Under the pieces are notes generated by a model that was not told where the DNA came from, did no database searches, and was given only the letters and a program-made list of their open reading frames with translations. A DNA stretch of 64,000 nt from Bacteroidota bacterium. Its GTDB lineage: Bacteria; Bacteroidota; Bacteroidia; Bacteroidales; JAHJDW01. Location: the NCBI GenBank assembly GCA_037139195.1, contig JBAXGW010000018.1:19-64018 (forward strand), written 5' to 3'. A program made the position numbers and the translations under genes. Below are positions 40,336 to 51,020 of the stretch, in pieces; positions within the stretch are counted from its first letter, which is position 1, and each line of letters starts with the position of its first letter.

Positions 40336-43300
40336 ATGGCGAATTTTATATCTAACCTATTAAGCGGCTTTTTTGGCAAAAAATCAGATCGCGACATTAA
40401 AGAAATAATGCCTCTTGTTAATCTTATCAAAGCTGCTTATGAAAACATAAAAGATCTTAGCAATGATGAATTACGCGAAAAAAGTGCTAAAATAAAACAA
40501 ACTATTGCCAACTACATTAAAGTTGAAGATGATAGAATTAACGAATTAAAAAAACTTTCTGATGAAAATCCAGATATGGATATTGACGAAAAGGAAAAAA
40601 TATATATAGAAATTGATCAACTGAACAAAACAATTAAAACAAAAATTGAAGCTATTTTGCTCGAAATGCTTCCCGAAACTTTTGCTATTGTAAAAGAAAC
40701 TGCAAAACGTTTTACTGAAAATGAAAATGTAGTTGTTTTAGCAAATCAATTTGATAGAGATTTAGCTGCTCGCAAAAACAATATAGTTATTCAAGGTGAC
40801 AAAGCTTTATGGTCGAACACTTGGACTGCTGGTGGGAATATGATTAAATGGGACATGATTCATTATGATGTTCAATTATTTGGAGGAGTTGTTTTACATA
40901 AAGGTAGTATTGCCGAGATGGGAACAGGAGAAGGAAAAACTTTAGTTGCAACCTTACCTGTTTTCTTAAACGCTCTTGCAGGAAAAGGCGTTCACCTTGT
41001 TACTGTAAATGATTATCTTGCAAAACGTGACTCTGAATGGATGGCTCCAATTTTCGAGTTCCATGGCCTTAGAGTTGACTGCATCGATAAGCATGAACCA
41101 AACTCCGAACAACGCAGAAATGCATATTTAGCAGACATCACTTACGGAACAAATAATGAGTTTGGCTTCGATTATCTTCGTGATAATATGACTAAAAACC
41201 CAGAAGAACTGGTTCAAAGAGGTCATCATTTTTCAATTGTTGATGAGGTAGATTCAGTTCTTATTGATGATGCTAGAACTCCACTTATTATTTCTGGACC
41301 TGTTCACAAAGGAGACAAACAAGAGTTTGATGAACTAAAACCAAGAATTGAAAAATTAGTTAATGCGCAAAAAGCCTTGATAAACAATATTCTTGCTGAT
41401 GCAAAAAAACAATTTGCAGAAGGCAAAGAAAAAGAAGCTGGTTTTTCATTATTAAAATTATATCGTGGTTTACCTAAACATAAAGCATTTATAAAATTTT
41501 TGAGTGAATTAGGTGTTAAAGCTTTACTATTAAAAACAGAAAACTTCTACATGCAAGATCAATCAAAACAAATGCATTTGGTAGATGAGGATTTGTATTT
41601 TGTTATTGATGAAAAAAATAATTCTATTGAGCTTACAGAAAAAGGAGTTGATTTAATTAGCACGAGTTCAGAAGATGCAAGTTTTTTTATCTTGCCTGAC
41701 ATTGGCTCTGATATTGCTGAAATAGAAAAATCAAATTTATCAGATAGCGATAAAGTAATTAGAAAAAGCGAATTACTAAACGATTTTTCAATAAAATCAG
41801 AACGTGTTCATACTATCAACCAATTGTTAAAAGCATATACGCTTTTTGAAATTGATGTTGAATATGTTGTAATGGACAACAAAATAAAAATTGTTGATGA
41901 ACAAACGGGTCGTATACTTGATGGAAGAAGATATTCAGATGGTCTGCACCAAGCTATTGAAGCAAAAGAAAACGTTAAAATAGAAGCAGCTACGCAAACT
42001 TTTGCAACTATAACGCTACAGAATTATTTTCGTATGTATCATAAGTTAGCAGGGATGACTGGAACTGCTGAAACTGAAGCTGGCGAATTATGGGATATCT
42101 ATAAATTAGATGTTGTTGTAATCCCAACTAACAGACCTATAGCGAGAGACGACCGCGAAGATTTAGTTTATAAAACTACTCGCGAAAAATTCAATGCTGT
42201 TATTGACGACATCCAAAATCTTGTAACAAATGGTCGTCCTGTTCTTGTAGGAACAACTTCAGTTGAAACATCTGAGTTATTGAGCCGAATGCTTAAATTG
42301 CGAGGAATAAAACATAATGTACTTAATGCAAAACAACATCAAAAAGAAGCGGACATCGTTGCTGAAGCAGGTTTTGCCGGAACAGTAACTATTGCAACTA
42401 ATATGGCTGGTCGTGGAACGGATATAAAATTAGGTCCAGGAGTAAAAGAAGCAGGCGGTCTTGCAATAATAGGTACCGAACGCCACGAATCTCGTCGCGT
42501 CGACCGTCAGTTGCGTGGACGTGCTGGACGTCAGGGCGACCCAGGCTCTTCTCAATTCTATGTTGCATTAGAAGATAATTTGATGCGTTTATTTGGCTCC
42601 GACCGTATAGCCAAATTTATGGATAGACTTGGCTTAAAAGAAGGCGAAGTAATTCAACACAGCATGATTACAAAATCTATTGAACGTGCGCAGAAAAAGG
42701 TAGAAGAAAACAATTTTGGCATTCGTAAACGTTTGCTTGAATATGATGATGTAATGAATTCGCAACGCGAAGTTATTTATGGACGCAGGAAAAATGCGTT
42801 ATTTGGCGATAAGTTATCAATAGATATTTCAAATATGATTTTTGACGTTTGTGAGAATATCACAAATGAAAATCACAGCAATAATAATTTTGATAATTTC
42901 CAATTCGAACTTATTAAAACGTTTGGAATAGAATCTCCTGTTGACAATAATCAATTCCATAAAATATCATCAAACGAATTAATTGATCTTCTATACGATA
43001 AAGTAAGTGATTTTTATAAAAACAAAAATAACTTAATGTCTGATAGGAGCTTCCCTGTAATAAAAGATGTTTATGAAAATAGCTCTCATATATATGAAAA
43101 CATACTTGTTCCTGTAACTGATGGAAAACATGGATTACAAGTACTAGTTAATTTAAAAAAGGCCTACGAAACCAAGGGCAAAGAACTAGTGTTGGCATTT
43201 GAGAAGTTTGTTAATTTAATTTCAATTGACGAAGAATGGAAAGAACATCTTCGCGAAATGGATGAACTAAAACAATCGGTTCAGAATGCAGCTTATGAAC

Positions 43301-43620
43301 AAAAAGACCCTTTATTAATTTACAAATTTGAATCTTTCAACCTTTTCAAGGAAATGATTAATAAGGTTAACAAGGAAATTGTAGCGTTCTTATTTAAAGG
43401 AAACTTGCCAAAAGATGAAAGTCGAGTTGAACAAACAAGTCAAACTCGATTAACAAGCGATTTAGACAAGTTGAAGACTGGACGTTCTGAAGTGCAGGAT
43501 ACGCGTGAAAATCAAAAAGCGGCCCCTGTTGTTGCCGAAAAACGTATTGGACGAAACGATCAGTGTCCTTGCGGAAGTGGCAAAAAATACAAACACTGTC
43601 ATGGTATTAATGAAGCATAA
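40336..43620 (+). CDS. secA: preprotein translocase ATPase
   Basis: 1094 aa. Walker [15 protein letters not shown], the [19 protein letters not shown] motif, [13 protein letters not shown], and the C-terminal zinc site [14 protein letters not shown]. Confidence 0.95.
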   Translation: MANFISNLLSGFFGKKSDRDIKEIMPLVNLIKAAYENIKDLSNDELREKSAKIKQTIANYIKVEDDRINELKKLSDENPDMDIDEKEKIYIEIDQLNKTIKTKIEAILLEMLPETFAIVKETAKRFTENENVVVLANQFDRDLAARKNNIVIQGDKALWSNTWTAGGNMIKWDMIHYDVQLFGGVVLHKGSIAEMGTGEGKTLVATLPVFLNALAGKGVHLVTVNDYLAKRDSEWMAPIFEFHGLRVDCIDKHEPNSEQRRNAYLADITYGTNNEFGFDYLRDNMTKNPEELVQRGHHFSIVDEVDSVLIDDARTPLIISGPVHKGDKQEFDELKPRIEKLVNAQKALINNILADAKKQFAEGKEKEAGFSLLKLYRGLPKHKAFIKFLSELGVKALLLKTENFYMQDQSKQMHLVDEDLYFVIDEKNNSIELTEKGVDLISTSSEDASFFILPDIGSDIAEIEKSNLSDSDKVIRKSELLNDFSIKSERVHTINQLLKAYTLFEIDVEYVVMDNKIKIVDEQTGRILDGRRYSDGLHQAIEAKENVKIEAATQTFATITLQNYFRMYHKLAGMTGTAETEAGELWDIYKLDVVVIPTNRPIARDDREDLVYKTTREKFNAVIDDIQNLVTNGRPVLVGTTSVETSELLSRMLKLRGIKHNVLNAKQHQKEADIVAEAGFAGTVTIATNMAGRGTDIKLGPGVKEAGGLAIIGTERHESRRVDRQLRGRAGRQGDPGSSQFYVALEDNLMRLFGSDRIAKFMDRLGLKEGEVIQHSMITKSIERAQKKVEENNFGIRKRLLEYDDVMNSQREVIYGRRKNALFGDKLSIDISNMIFDVCENITNENHSNNNFDNFQFELIKTFGIESPVDNNQFHKISSNELIDLLYDKVSDFYKNKNNLMSDRSFPVIKDVYENSSHIYENILVPVTDGKHGLQVLVNLKKAYETKGKELVLAFEKFVNLISIDEEWKEHLREMDELKQSVQNAAYEQKDPLLIYKFESFNLFKEMINKVNKEIVAFLFKGNLPKDESRVEQTSQTRLTSDLDKLKTGRSEVQDTRENQKAAPVVAEKRIGRNDQCPCGSGKKYKHCHGINEA

Positions 43621-43626
43621 CAAAAA

Positions 43627-43653
43627 AGTCCAATCAATCGATTGGACTTTTTT
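43627..43653 (+). terminator. rho-independent terminator of secA
   Basis: agtccaat-caatcg-attggact followed by ttttt. Confidence 0.8.
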
Positions 43654-43808
43654 GTTAAATGTCAATTTTGTTTAAAAATCTTTTGCTTACATTCAACTGA
43701 TTAACTGCTAAATAGTAATAATAGAAAAAAAATAATCAATTTATTTTGAAATAAATTTGGTAGAATAAAAATAATATTCTAATTTCGCCGTCCGAAAAAA
43801 GAGTAAAT

Positions 43809-43881
43809 GCCGATATAGCTCAGTTGGTAGAGCAGCTGATTTGTAATCAGCCGGTCGGCGGTTCAAGTCCGTCTATCGGCT
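43809..43881 (+). tRNA. tRNA-Thr (anticodon TGT)
   Basis: Manual cloverleaf: acceptor gccgata/tatcggc, D arm gctc-agttggta-gagc, anticodon stem gctga/tcagc with loop ttTGTaa, T arm ggcgg-ttcaagt-ccgtc. Confidence 0.9.
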
Positions 43882-43918
43882 CTTTTTTTTTACTGACTTT
43901 TGAAAAAAAGTTTTAACT

Positions 43919-44000
43919 GGGGAGGTACCAGAGCGGTCAAATGGGGCAGACTGTAAATCTGTTGGCGCAGCCTTCGGAGGTTCGAATCCTCCTCTCCCCA
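43919..44000 (+). tRNA. tRNA-Tyr (anticodon GTA)
   Basis: Acceptor ggggagg/tctcccc, anticodon loop ctGTAaa, long variable arm (ggcgcagccttc), T arm ggagg-ttcgaat-cctcc. Confidence 0.9.
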
Positions 44001-44166
44001 CAACAAAAAAAGAGGCACTTAGAAAAGCCTCATTAGTTCTTTGAAGGTGTTTTAAAAGTTTGAGATTGTGAAGTTGTTGATATTTAATAGTTTACATAGG
44101 TAAATGACTAAATTCAAAATCGAACAAAACGATAAAATTTCGACTTTTTAAACATCTTACTTTTAG

Positions 44167-44242
44167 GCGAAAGTAGCTCATTTGGTAGAGCGATAGCCTT
44201 CCAAGCTATAGGTGGCGGGTTCGAGCCCCGTCTTTCGCTCCA
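44167..44242 (+). tRNA. tRNA-Trp (anticodon CCA), with encoded 3' CCA
   Basis: Acceptor gcgaaag/ctttcgc, D arm gctc-atttggta-gagc, anticodon stem atagc/gctat with loop ctCCAaa, T arm gcggg-ttcgagc-cccgt, then t-cca. Confidence 0.9.
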
Positions 44243-44246
44243 AGTC

Positions 44247-44275
44247 AAGCCATTTGTTTTCAAATGGCTTTTTTA
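44247..44275 (+). terminator. rho-independent terminator after the tRNA cluster
   Basis: aagccatttg-tttt-caaatggctt followed by tttt. Confidence 0.75.
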
Positions 44276-44368
44276 TTTCTCTCTATTTTCATATTACAAT
44301 ATTTAGTACTTTTGTGTGATGGTAAACCTGTTCGATTTCAAATAATTGAAAGGTCTTGAATTTATTAT

Positions 44369-46303
44369 ATGAAGAAAACAAAAAAAATTGCTATCTATTC
44401 AATAATAAGCCTAACAGTTTTGTTTGGGCTATTCTTCATATTAAGAGGGCCCATACTTAGCTGGTATATCGATAAAAAAATCAAACAATTCAATATTGAA
44501 TATTCAGCACAACTAAAGCTTGGGAAGCATGAATTTGTAGGCTTGTCGGGAATTAAAATTTCAGACCTTTCGCTAAAAGAAAAAAGCAACGACACTTTAC
44601 TTACCATTAAAGATTGTTATGTTAAAGTAAACATTTTTAAATCAATTTTTGGAGGCGTCAATATTGGAAATATTGAATTAAATCAACCCCAGTTCTCTTT
44701 TATCTCAGATTCAACTCATAACAATTACAACTTCCTTTTAAAAAACAAAAAAACAAAAGAAGATACCATTCATCAAAAAAATTACGCCGAATACTTCAAT
44801 TCTATTATTTCAAAGGTATTTGACAAGCTTCCATCCACATTCGATATTAAAAACTTGAAAGTCCTTTTTTCAGTTAATAAATACAAAATTCAGCTTTCTT
44901 CGGATAATTTTTCTATGCTAAACGAAAAATTTAACGCCCTGTTTTTAGTTGAAGAAGATAGCTTAAAAGAGCAGCTCGAACTCACTGGTTCATACGACAA
45001 AGAAGATAAAACAGGCGATTTCAATTTAAAATCGATAGGAAACGATACCCTTTTTATTCCCTACATAAAACACAAATACCAATTAACGGTTGGCTTTAGC
45101 GAATTGACTGGAAGCATGAATACTTACAATAAAACTAATGACAATTCAGAAATTACAGGTGTTTTTTCTTCCAAAAACTTCATTTGTCATCATTGGCGCA
45201 TTTCGCCTGATAATATTGAAATTAGCAAAGTTAAACTAAACTACTCACTGCTTTTTGGCGAAAAATCAATCACATTAGACAGTACTTCTATAGTTGAATT
45301 CAATAAATTAAAATTCCGACTTTTTAGCGAATACATTAACGATACAAGCAAAAAAATAAAATTTTTTATTCCTAAGCTCTCATTTAAAGCCGACGACTTT
45401 TTCTCTTCACTACCAAAAGGATTATTTTCGACTCTTGAAGGAATCAAAACAAGCGGTGATTTAAGCTTTTTCTTTAATTTCGACCTAGATTTAGCTCAAA
45501 TAGATTCATTAAAGTTCAAATCAGAACTCGCAGCAAATGACTTAAAAATAAACTCAATGGGCAGGGTGAACTTTAAGTATGTTAACGATACTTTTACTTA
45601 TAATGCCTATGACAAAGGTGTTTTAATTCGTAAAATAATTATTGGTCCATCAAATCCAAATTATCGCAGCTTAGCTGAAATCCCAGATATACTAAAGTAT
45701 TCTGTAATAAATTCAGAAGATGGCTGGTTTTTTGGTCATAGAGGATTTTTGCCAGATGCAATAAGAGAATCGCTTATTGCAGATATTAAAGTGCGAAGAT
45801 TTGTAAGAGGAGGAAGTACTATTAGTATGCAATTGGTAAAAAATTTATTTTTAAATAGGAATAAAAATATAAGCAGAAAAGTTGAAGAAATGCTAATTAC
45901 ATGGCTTATAGAAAATAATAGGTGGATCAGTAAAGAACGAATGATAGAAATATATTTGAATATTATTGAGTGGGGACCTGGTATTTATGGAGCAAATGAA
46001 GCTGCAAAATTTTATTTCGATAAAGATGTTTCAAAATTAACCTTGGCTGAGTCAATATATTTGGCTAGTATAATTCCTCGACCAAAACTTTTTAAATATT
46101 CTTTTGATGAAACTGGAATGTTAAAAGAATATATTGTTAACTACTATCAACGAATGGCCGATAAAATGCTGAAAAAAGAATATATTAGTCAAAGCCAATA
46201 TGATGAATTAAAGACAGAAGTAACAATAAAAGGACCAGCAAAATATCTTCTAAGAACAGATAGTTTAAAACCTGATTCAATTGTATTTATAAAAAATTAT
46301 TAA
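44369..46303 (+). CDS. membrane-anchored protein: AsmA-like N-terminal region fused to a GT51 peptidoglycan transglycosylase domain
   Basis: 644 aa. The C-terminal third has GT51 motifs (INSEDGWFFGHRGF, RGGSTISMQLVKNLFL, KVEEMLITWLIE, IIEWGPGIYGANEAA). The N-terminal 430 aa has a TM anchor plus repetitive beta-rich segments and no transpeptidase domain. Confidence 0.7.
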   Translation: MKKTKKIAIYSIISLTVLFGLFFILRGPILSWYIDKKIKQFNIEYSAQLKLGKHEFVGLSGIKISDLSLKEKSNDTLLTIKDCYVKVNIFKSIFGGVNIGNIELNQPQFSFISDSTHNNYNFLLKNKKTKEDTIHQKNYAEYFNSIISKVFDKLPSTFDIKNLKVLFSVNKYKIQLSSDNFSMLNEKFNALFLVEEDSLKEQLELTGSYDKEDKTGDFNLKSIGNDTLFIPYIKHKYQLTVGFSELTGSMNTYNKTNDNSEITGVFSSKNFICHHWRISPDNIEISKVKLNYSLLFGEKSITLDSTSIVEFNKLKFRLFSEYINDTSKKIKFFIPKLSFKADDFFSSLPKGLFSTLEGIKTSGDLSFFFNFDLDLAQIDSLKFKSELAANDLKINSMGRVNFKYVNDTFTYNAYDKGVLIRKIIIGPSNPNYRSLAEIPDILKYSVINSEDGWFFGHRGFLPDAIRESLIADIKVRRFVRGGSTISMQLVKNLFLNRNKNISRKVEEMLITWLIENNRWISKERMIEIYLNIIEWGPGIYGANEAAKFYFDKDVSKLTLAESIYLASIIPRPKLFKYSFDETGMLKEYIVNYYQRMADKMLKKEYISQSQYDELKTEVTIKGPAKYLLRTDSLKPDSIVFIKNY

Positions 46304-46403
46304 AAATTTACTATTATACTCAATAAGTTTACAATTTATTCGTTTATACAAAAGCATATTTTAAATATATTTGTATTTAAATTTAAAAAAACAGATTTAA
46401 TTT

Positions 46404-46544
46404 ATGAAAAGAAAAAAAATTGTAGTAATCGCAGCGCTTTTTATAGCTCTTGCAACATTAATATCATCCTGTGGTTCAGGACCAAAGGGCTGTAAGAAAA
46501 TGAAATACCATAATAGCGACAGAAAAAGAGGATTAGCTAGTTAA
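46404..46544 (+). CDS. small basic lipoprotein (46 aa)
   Basis: Manually translated as MKRKKIVVIAALFIALATLISSCGSGPKGCKKMKYHNSDRKRGLAS. Lipobox LISSC. It lies just upstream of the sprE-like gene and is not in the ORF track because it is under 60 aa. Confidence 0.35.
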   Translation: MKRKKIVVIAALFIALATLISSCGSGPKGCKKMKYHNSDRKRGLAS

Positions 46545-46603
46545 TTTAACGACTAAGCTATTCCAATTTTTTATTATTTTTGTTAATATAAAAAATCTAT
46601 AGA

Positions 46604-49282
46604 TTGATAAACAATAAACTATATACTAAAGCAGTCAACATAGCATTTCTAGCATTGCTAATTGTTACTTTAGTCGCTTGCTCTGCAAAAAGAAATACTT
46701 TTACAAGCCGAGCTTATCATAATCTTACAGCAAGATATAATGCTTACTTTAATGGAAAAGAAAGTTTTAAAGAAGCTATTATTGCTACAGATAAATCATA
46801 TAAAGACAATTTTAATACTATTTTACCAATATTTAAATTTACCGACAACGAAAGCTCAAAAGGAGTTTTTCCACAATGTGACAGAGCAATTACTAAAGCT
46901 GGAATAGTTATTCAAAATCACTCTATGTTTATTAAAGGCAAAGAGCACAATAATTGGGTAGACGACAGTTACTTGCTTATGGGAAATTCTAATTTCTTTA
47001 AACGTGAATTTTTCACTGCTAATCAAATTTATCAATTTATCATCAACCAATACCCCGACAAATTAGGGCGTTACGAAGCTATGCTTTGGCTTGCTAACTC
47101 ATATATTCAAATGAACAAAAATTCTGAAGCACAAGGAATTTTCAATTTGCTTAACGACACAAAAAGCAAAGATGAGATGCCAAAATACTTGTACAAATGG
47201 ATTTTGCTATCGCAGGCTCAACTTAATATAAACACAAAAAATTATTCTAGAGCTTTAGAACCTATCAAATTAGCCCTTGAATTAAATAATAGAGAACGCT
47301 TCATTTCAAAAGATAAAGCCAAAGAACATCTTTTCTTTAAATATAAATTTAGCAAAAAAAGGAAAGCTAGAATTACATTTATTTTAGCTCAATTAAACGA
47401 AAAAATTGAAGAATTTGACGAAGCTTCAATGCTATACGGAAAAGTGCTTAAAATGAACCCAACTTATGAAATGGCATTTTATGCAAAAATCAATAGAGCC
47501 AAACTTTTTAATGTAAAAGCGGGTAATGCTGATAAAATTATTAGCGACCTGAAAAAAATGGCCAAAGATGGAAAAAATGTTGACTACCTTGATCAAATTT
47601 ACTTTGCACTAGCCGAATTAGCCCTTAAAGCTAATAATTTCAATCAAGGTGTTTCATATTTAAAGCTTTCAGCAAGCAAAAGCACAATTAACACTTATCA
47701 AAAAGCAATATCGTTCTTGCGTTTAGCTAACTTATATTTTGAAAAGCCTGAGTACGAATTTGCACAGCAGTATTATGATAGCACTATGACAGTATTACCT
47801 AAAGATTATCCCGATTATTCTGTTTATTCTGATAGAAAGGATGTATTATCAAATTTAGTGCTCAACTTAAACACTATAGCACGAGAAGACAGCTTGCAAA
47901 GACTTGCTAAAATGACTGCTGCAGAAAGAGATGAAGTAATTTCAGGGATTATTAAGAAAATAATTGAAGCAGAGGAATTAAAGCAATTACAAGACATGCA
48001 AGCACAACAATTGCTTAATAACATGCCACAAAACAACAATGTTGCTAGCACTGGTGGAGCAGGAAATTGGTATTTTGATAATCCATCGGCAATTAGCTTT
48101 GGGAAACAAGAATTTGCTAAAAAGTTCGGAAATAGAAAGCTTGAAGATAATTGGAGAAGATTTAGCAAGGAAGTAATTGTGGACTTTGGGACTGTGGACA
48201 ACAACCAAGTAGATTCATTAGCTAGCACTGCAAGCGCAGCAACAGTTGACCCAAAAGACAAAAACACCTATTTGAAAAACATCCCTTTAACAAAAGAAAT
48301 GATGTTTGAATCAACCGAAAAAATTAAAGAAGCCTATTATAATGCAGGTGTAATATTCCGCCAAGATTTAAATGATTTGCCAAAGTCGAACCAAACATTT
48401 GAAACTTTATTAACTAGATTTCCCGACAATAAGTTTCTTTTAGAAACCTACTATAAGCTATATTCCAATAATAACGAACTTAAAAACACACCAAAATCCG
48501 ACATCTACAAAAACATAATTATTTCGAAATATCCCGAATCTGATTATGCTAAAATGCTAATTAATCCAGAAGCATTTAAGCAGTCGAAGGAAAAGGAAGA
48601 CAACGAAACCAAGCTATATGCTCAAACCTATTTAGCATATAACCAAGGAAATTATGCTTTAGTTATTGCGAACAAAGACTTAGCCACTACAACTTATCCT
48701 GGCTCAAAATTACTTGCTAAATTCAACTACCTTAATGCATTGTCGGTGGGAAGAACTAAAGACACTGCAAGTTTTAGAGTTGAATTAGAAAATTTTATTG
48801 GCAAATTCTCTGGTTCGGATGAAGCAAAAGATGCTCAAATTATTTTAAATTACATGAAAGCACCTTTAGTATCAGCAGCATCCTCCGATCCATCAAAACC
48901 GGCAAAACAAAAGCAACTTTACACCTATAACGAAGCTTCCATACATTTTTATGCTCTTGTAGTGCCAATTATGGATATGGATGTAAACAAGTTAAAGGTA
49001 GCATTATCAGATTTCAACGCGAAATTCTTCAGCTTAGATGATTTGCAAGTTAACGCAGTTTATTTCGACGACAAGCATCAAATCATCAATATATCCAATT
49101 TTAAAGGAGCAGACAAAGCATTAACTTATTATAAGACATTCGAAAAACAAGATATTTTATCAAAACTTGCTAAAACAAGTCAATATTACCAATTTGTAAT
49201 ATCTACCGATAATTACACTCGTTTATACAAAGCAAAAGACGTAGATAATTACATGGAATTTTATAAAGAGAATTACAAATAA
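46604..49282 (+). CDS. sprE: TPR-repeat lipoprotein, SprE/PorW-like T9SS/gliding component
   Basis: 892 aa. Lipobox LVACS followed by KRNTFTSRAYHNLTARYNAYFNG, as I recall for the SprE/PorW N-terminus. Multiple TPR-like helices. TTG start at 46604. Confidence 0.55.
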   Translation: MINNKLYTKAVNIAFLALLIVTLVACSAKRNTFTSRAYHNLTARYNAYFNGKESFKEAIIATDKSYKDNFNTILPIFKFTDNESSKGVFPQCDRAITKAGIVIQNHSMFIKGKEHNNWVDDSYLLMGNSNFFKREFFTANQIYQFIINQYPDKLGRYEAMLWLANSYIQMNKNSEAQGIFNLLNDTKSKDEMPKYLYKWILLSQAQLNINTKNYSRALEPIKLALELNNRERFISKDKAKEHLFFKYKFSKKRKARITFILAQLNEKIEEFDEASMLYGKVLKMNPTYEMAFYAKINRAKLFNVKAGNADKIISDLKKMAKDGKNVDYLDQIYFALAELALKANNFNQGVSYLKLSASKSTINTYQKAISFLRLANLYFEKPEYEFAQQYYDSTMTVLPKDYPDYSVYSDRKDVLSNLVLNLNTIAREDSLQRLAKMTAAERDEVISGIIKKIIEAEELKQLQDMQAQQLLNNMPQNNNVASTGGAGNWYFDNPSAISFGKQEFAKKFGNRKLEDNWRRFSKEVIVDFGTVDNNQVDSLASTASAATVDPKDKNTYLKNIPLTKEMMFESTEKIKEAYYNAGVIFRQDLNDLPKSNQTFETLLTRFPDNKFLLETYYKLYSNNNELKNTPKSDIYKNIIISKYPESDYAKMLINPEAFKQSKEKEDNETKLYAQTYLAYNQGNYALVIANKDLATTTYPGSKLLAKFNYLNALSVGRTKDTASFRVELENFIGKFSGSDEAKDAQIILNYMKAPLVSAASSDPSKPAKQKQLYTYNEASIHFYALVVPIMDMDVNKLKVALSDFNAKFFSLDDLQVNAVYFDDKHQIINISNFKGADKALTYYKTFEKQDILSKLAKTSQYYQFVISTDNYTRLYKAKDVDNYMEFYKENYK

Positions 49283-49367
49283 CAAAATAGTTTTTAAAAA
49301 AATATTTTGATTCTATTATTTATTACTTATATTTGCTAAGCAAAGAAATTGATAAACAACAAAAAAC

Positions 49368-49775
49368 ATGGCAAGAAACGAAAACGAAACTCAATCCATT
49401 AACCTTATAGGCAATGGAACTGTAATAAAAGGAGACATTATTGCTAATGGCGACATTAGAATTGACGGAACGTTACATGGCTCTCTTAACACAAAAGGCA
49501 AGTTAGTTATTGGACCATCGGGAATTGTAGAAGGCGATATTGTTTGCCAAAATGCAGAAGTTCAAGGACAAATTAAAGCTCAAATAAAAGTTAACGAGTT
49601 ATTAGCTTTAAAAGCAACGGCAAAATTAACAGGTGATATTATCACAAACAAATTGGCAATTGAGCCAGGAGCAGTATTTTCTGGAACTTGTAATATGGAC
49701 GCAGGAAAAAATATAATGTCAAATGTTCCAAAACAAGAAGTTAAAACCCAACAACCTGAAACAATCGCTAAATAG
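49368..49775 (+). CDS. bactofilin-family cytoskeletal protein
   Basis: 135 aa. Repetitive beta-helix pattern (VIKGDIIANGDIRIDGTLHGSLNTKGKLVIGPSGIVEGDIVCQNAEVQG). Confidence 0.8.
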   Translation: MARNENETQSINLIGNGTVIKGDIIANGDIRIDGTLHGSLNTKGKLVIGPSGIVEGDIVCQNAEVQGQIKAQIKVNELLALKATAKLTGDIITNKLAIEPGAVFSGTCNMDAGKNIMSNVPKQEVKTQQPETIAK

Positions 49776-49974
49776 CTACGCTAAATACTCGAGCCTAGGT
49801 TTTCAAATGGTATTTATAATATTAGCCGGTACATTCGGAGGCTTTAAGCTTGACGGATATACCGGTTTTAAATTTCCAATTTTCACCATTGTTCTTTCTA
49901 TTAGCTCTGTGGCTTTGGCAATATATTTTGCAGTTAAAGATTTTATTAAGCCTAATGATAAAAGCAAGAATTAA
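49723..49974 (+). CDS. AtpZ/AtpI-like small membrane protein
   Basis: 83 aa. YAKYSSLGFQMVFIILAGTFGGFKLD plus a second TM segment, resembling the AtpZ/putative F0F1-ATPase subunit family. The 53-nt overlap with the bactofilin gene makes the start uncertain. Confidence 0.4.
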   Translation: MFQNKKLKPNNLKQSLNSYAKYSSLGFQMVFIILAGTFGGFKLDGYTGFKFPIFTIVLSISSVALAIYFAVKDFIKPNDKSKN

Positions 49975-50008
49975 ATTTAATTATTGACAGTTATATTCCG
50001 CAAATAAG

Positions 50009-50389
50009 ATGAAAAATATTCAATCAAAATACCCACTATTTTTAGTAATCTTCAGCTCAATAGTTTTATTAGTGAGCTGGTTAGGGAATAATTATATCCC
50101 GTTAGAATTTAAATACGAAAATTTCACCTATTTGCTAAGCTATTACTTCGCATTTACCTATATTATTTTGGGTATACTATTTAAAAGTGCAGTAAAATCG
50201 CCTCAAAAATTTGTGAATACATTTATGATAATAACCACATGCAAATTACTTATCAATGGCATGATTGCTGTTATTTTTGCATTTACTAATAGACCCGAAG
50301 CAAAAGGCTTTTTAGTTTTTTTCTTAGCCTATTATTTGCTATATACTGGCTTTGAAGTTTTGGCCATTACTGCCTATAAAAGCAAATAA
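50009..50389 (+). CDS. 4-TM membrane protein, function unknown
   Basis: 126 aa with four hydrophobic segments. Co-oriented with the two preceding genes. Confidence 0.4.
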   Translation: MKNIQSKYPLFLVIFSSIVLLVSWLGNNYIPLEFKYENFTYLLSYYFAFTYIILGILFKSAVKSPQKFVNTFMIITTCKLLINGMIAVIFAFTNRPEAKGFLVFFLAYYLLYTGFEVLAITAYKSK

Positions 50390-50520
50390 TATTTGTAGTT
50401 TTAAAAGCTATAATTCAAGTATTAAGCCATAGGTTTTATTTGTTCTATCGCTCCAATAAGTATTTTCCGAATAGTACCCTTGTAATGATATAACCGAGAT
50501 TAATCATTAGATTAATATTC

Positions 50521-51000
50521 CTTTCTTTTGCTTGACCAAAAGAACCAAGAATGGTCTGCCGTATGACTCTAATCACTATTCACCAATAGGTCACTTAGCG
50601 AAGTCGAAGTGCACCATTCACTATTTAAACTCTTGCAAAGTTTCTATGATATGATTATCAATGACGACGGTAGTTCGGGGATGTGCTCTATATCACAAAA
50701 TATACCGTTTTAGCAGATTGCGAATATTCGTATGTTTTTATTGCAGAATTCCATAGAAGCTCATAGTGAGTAGTGAATCGTGAACGGCGAAGCCCTCACC
50801 GAAGGTAATAGTTGCCGTATGGTCTGCCGAATGGCTCCAATCACTATTCACCAATCACTATTCACTATTTAGTTTTGTTACCCTAAAAAAGGTTCTATGA
50901 TATGATTATCAATCTTTTCAAGTGTTTTTCGATGCGTTACATCACATAAAATATCCTTTTATATCAAAAACGAATATTCGTATGTTTTTATTGTGGAATT
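50521..51000. repeat. non-coding composite repeat: hairpin module plus two tandem units of about 250-268 bp
   Basis: The hairpin tttcttttg/caaaagaa (50521-50543) matches 13094-13117. Unit A runs about 50552-50750 and unit B about 50820-51000. They share ggtctgccg.atg.ctc.aatcactattcacc, ttctatgatatgattatcaat and gaatattcgtatgtttttattg..gaattc. Confidence 0.8.
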
Positions 51001-51020
51001 CTGGGGAATTTCATGGACAT

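Noticed and set aside
43700-44370. The tRNA-Thr/Tyr/Trp cluster as an integration hotspot for a genomic island
   Set aside because: There is no integrase, no direct repeat of a tRNA 3' end, and no accessory genes adjacent. The flanking genes (secA and the GT51 protein) look like core genes. The toxin island lies 6 kb away.
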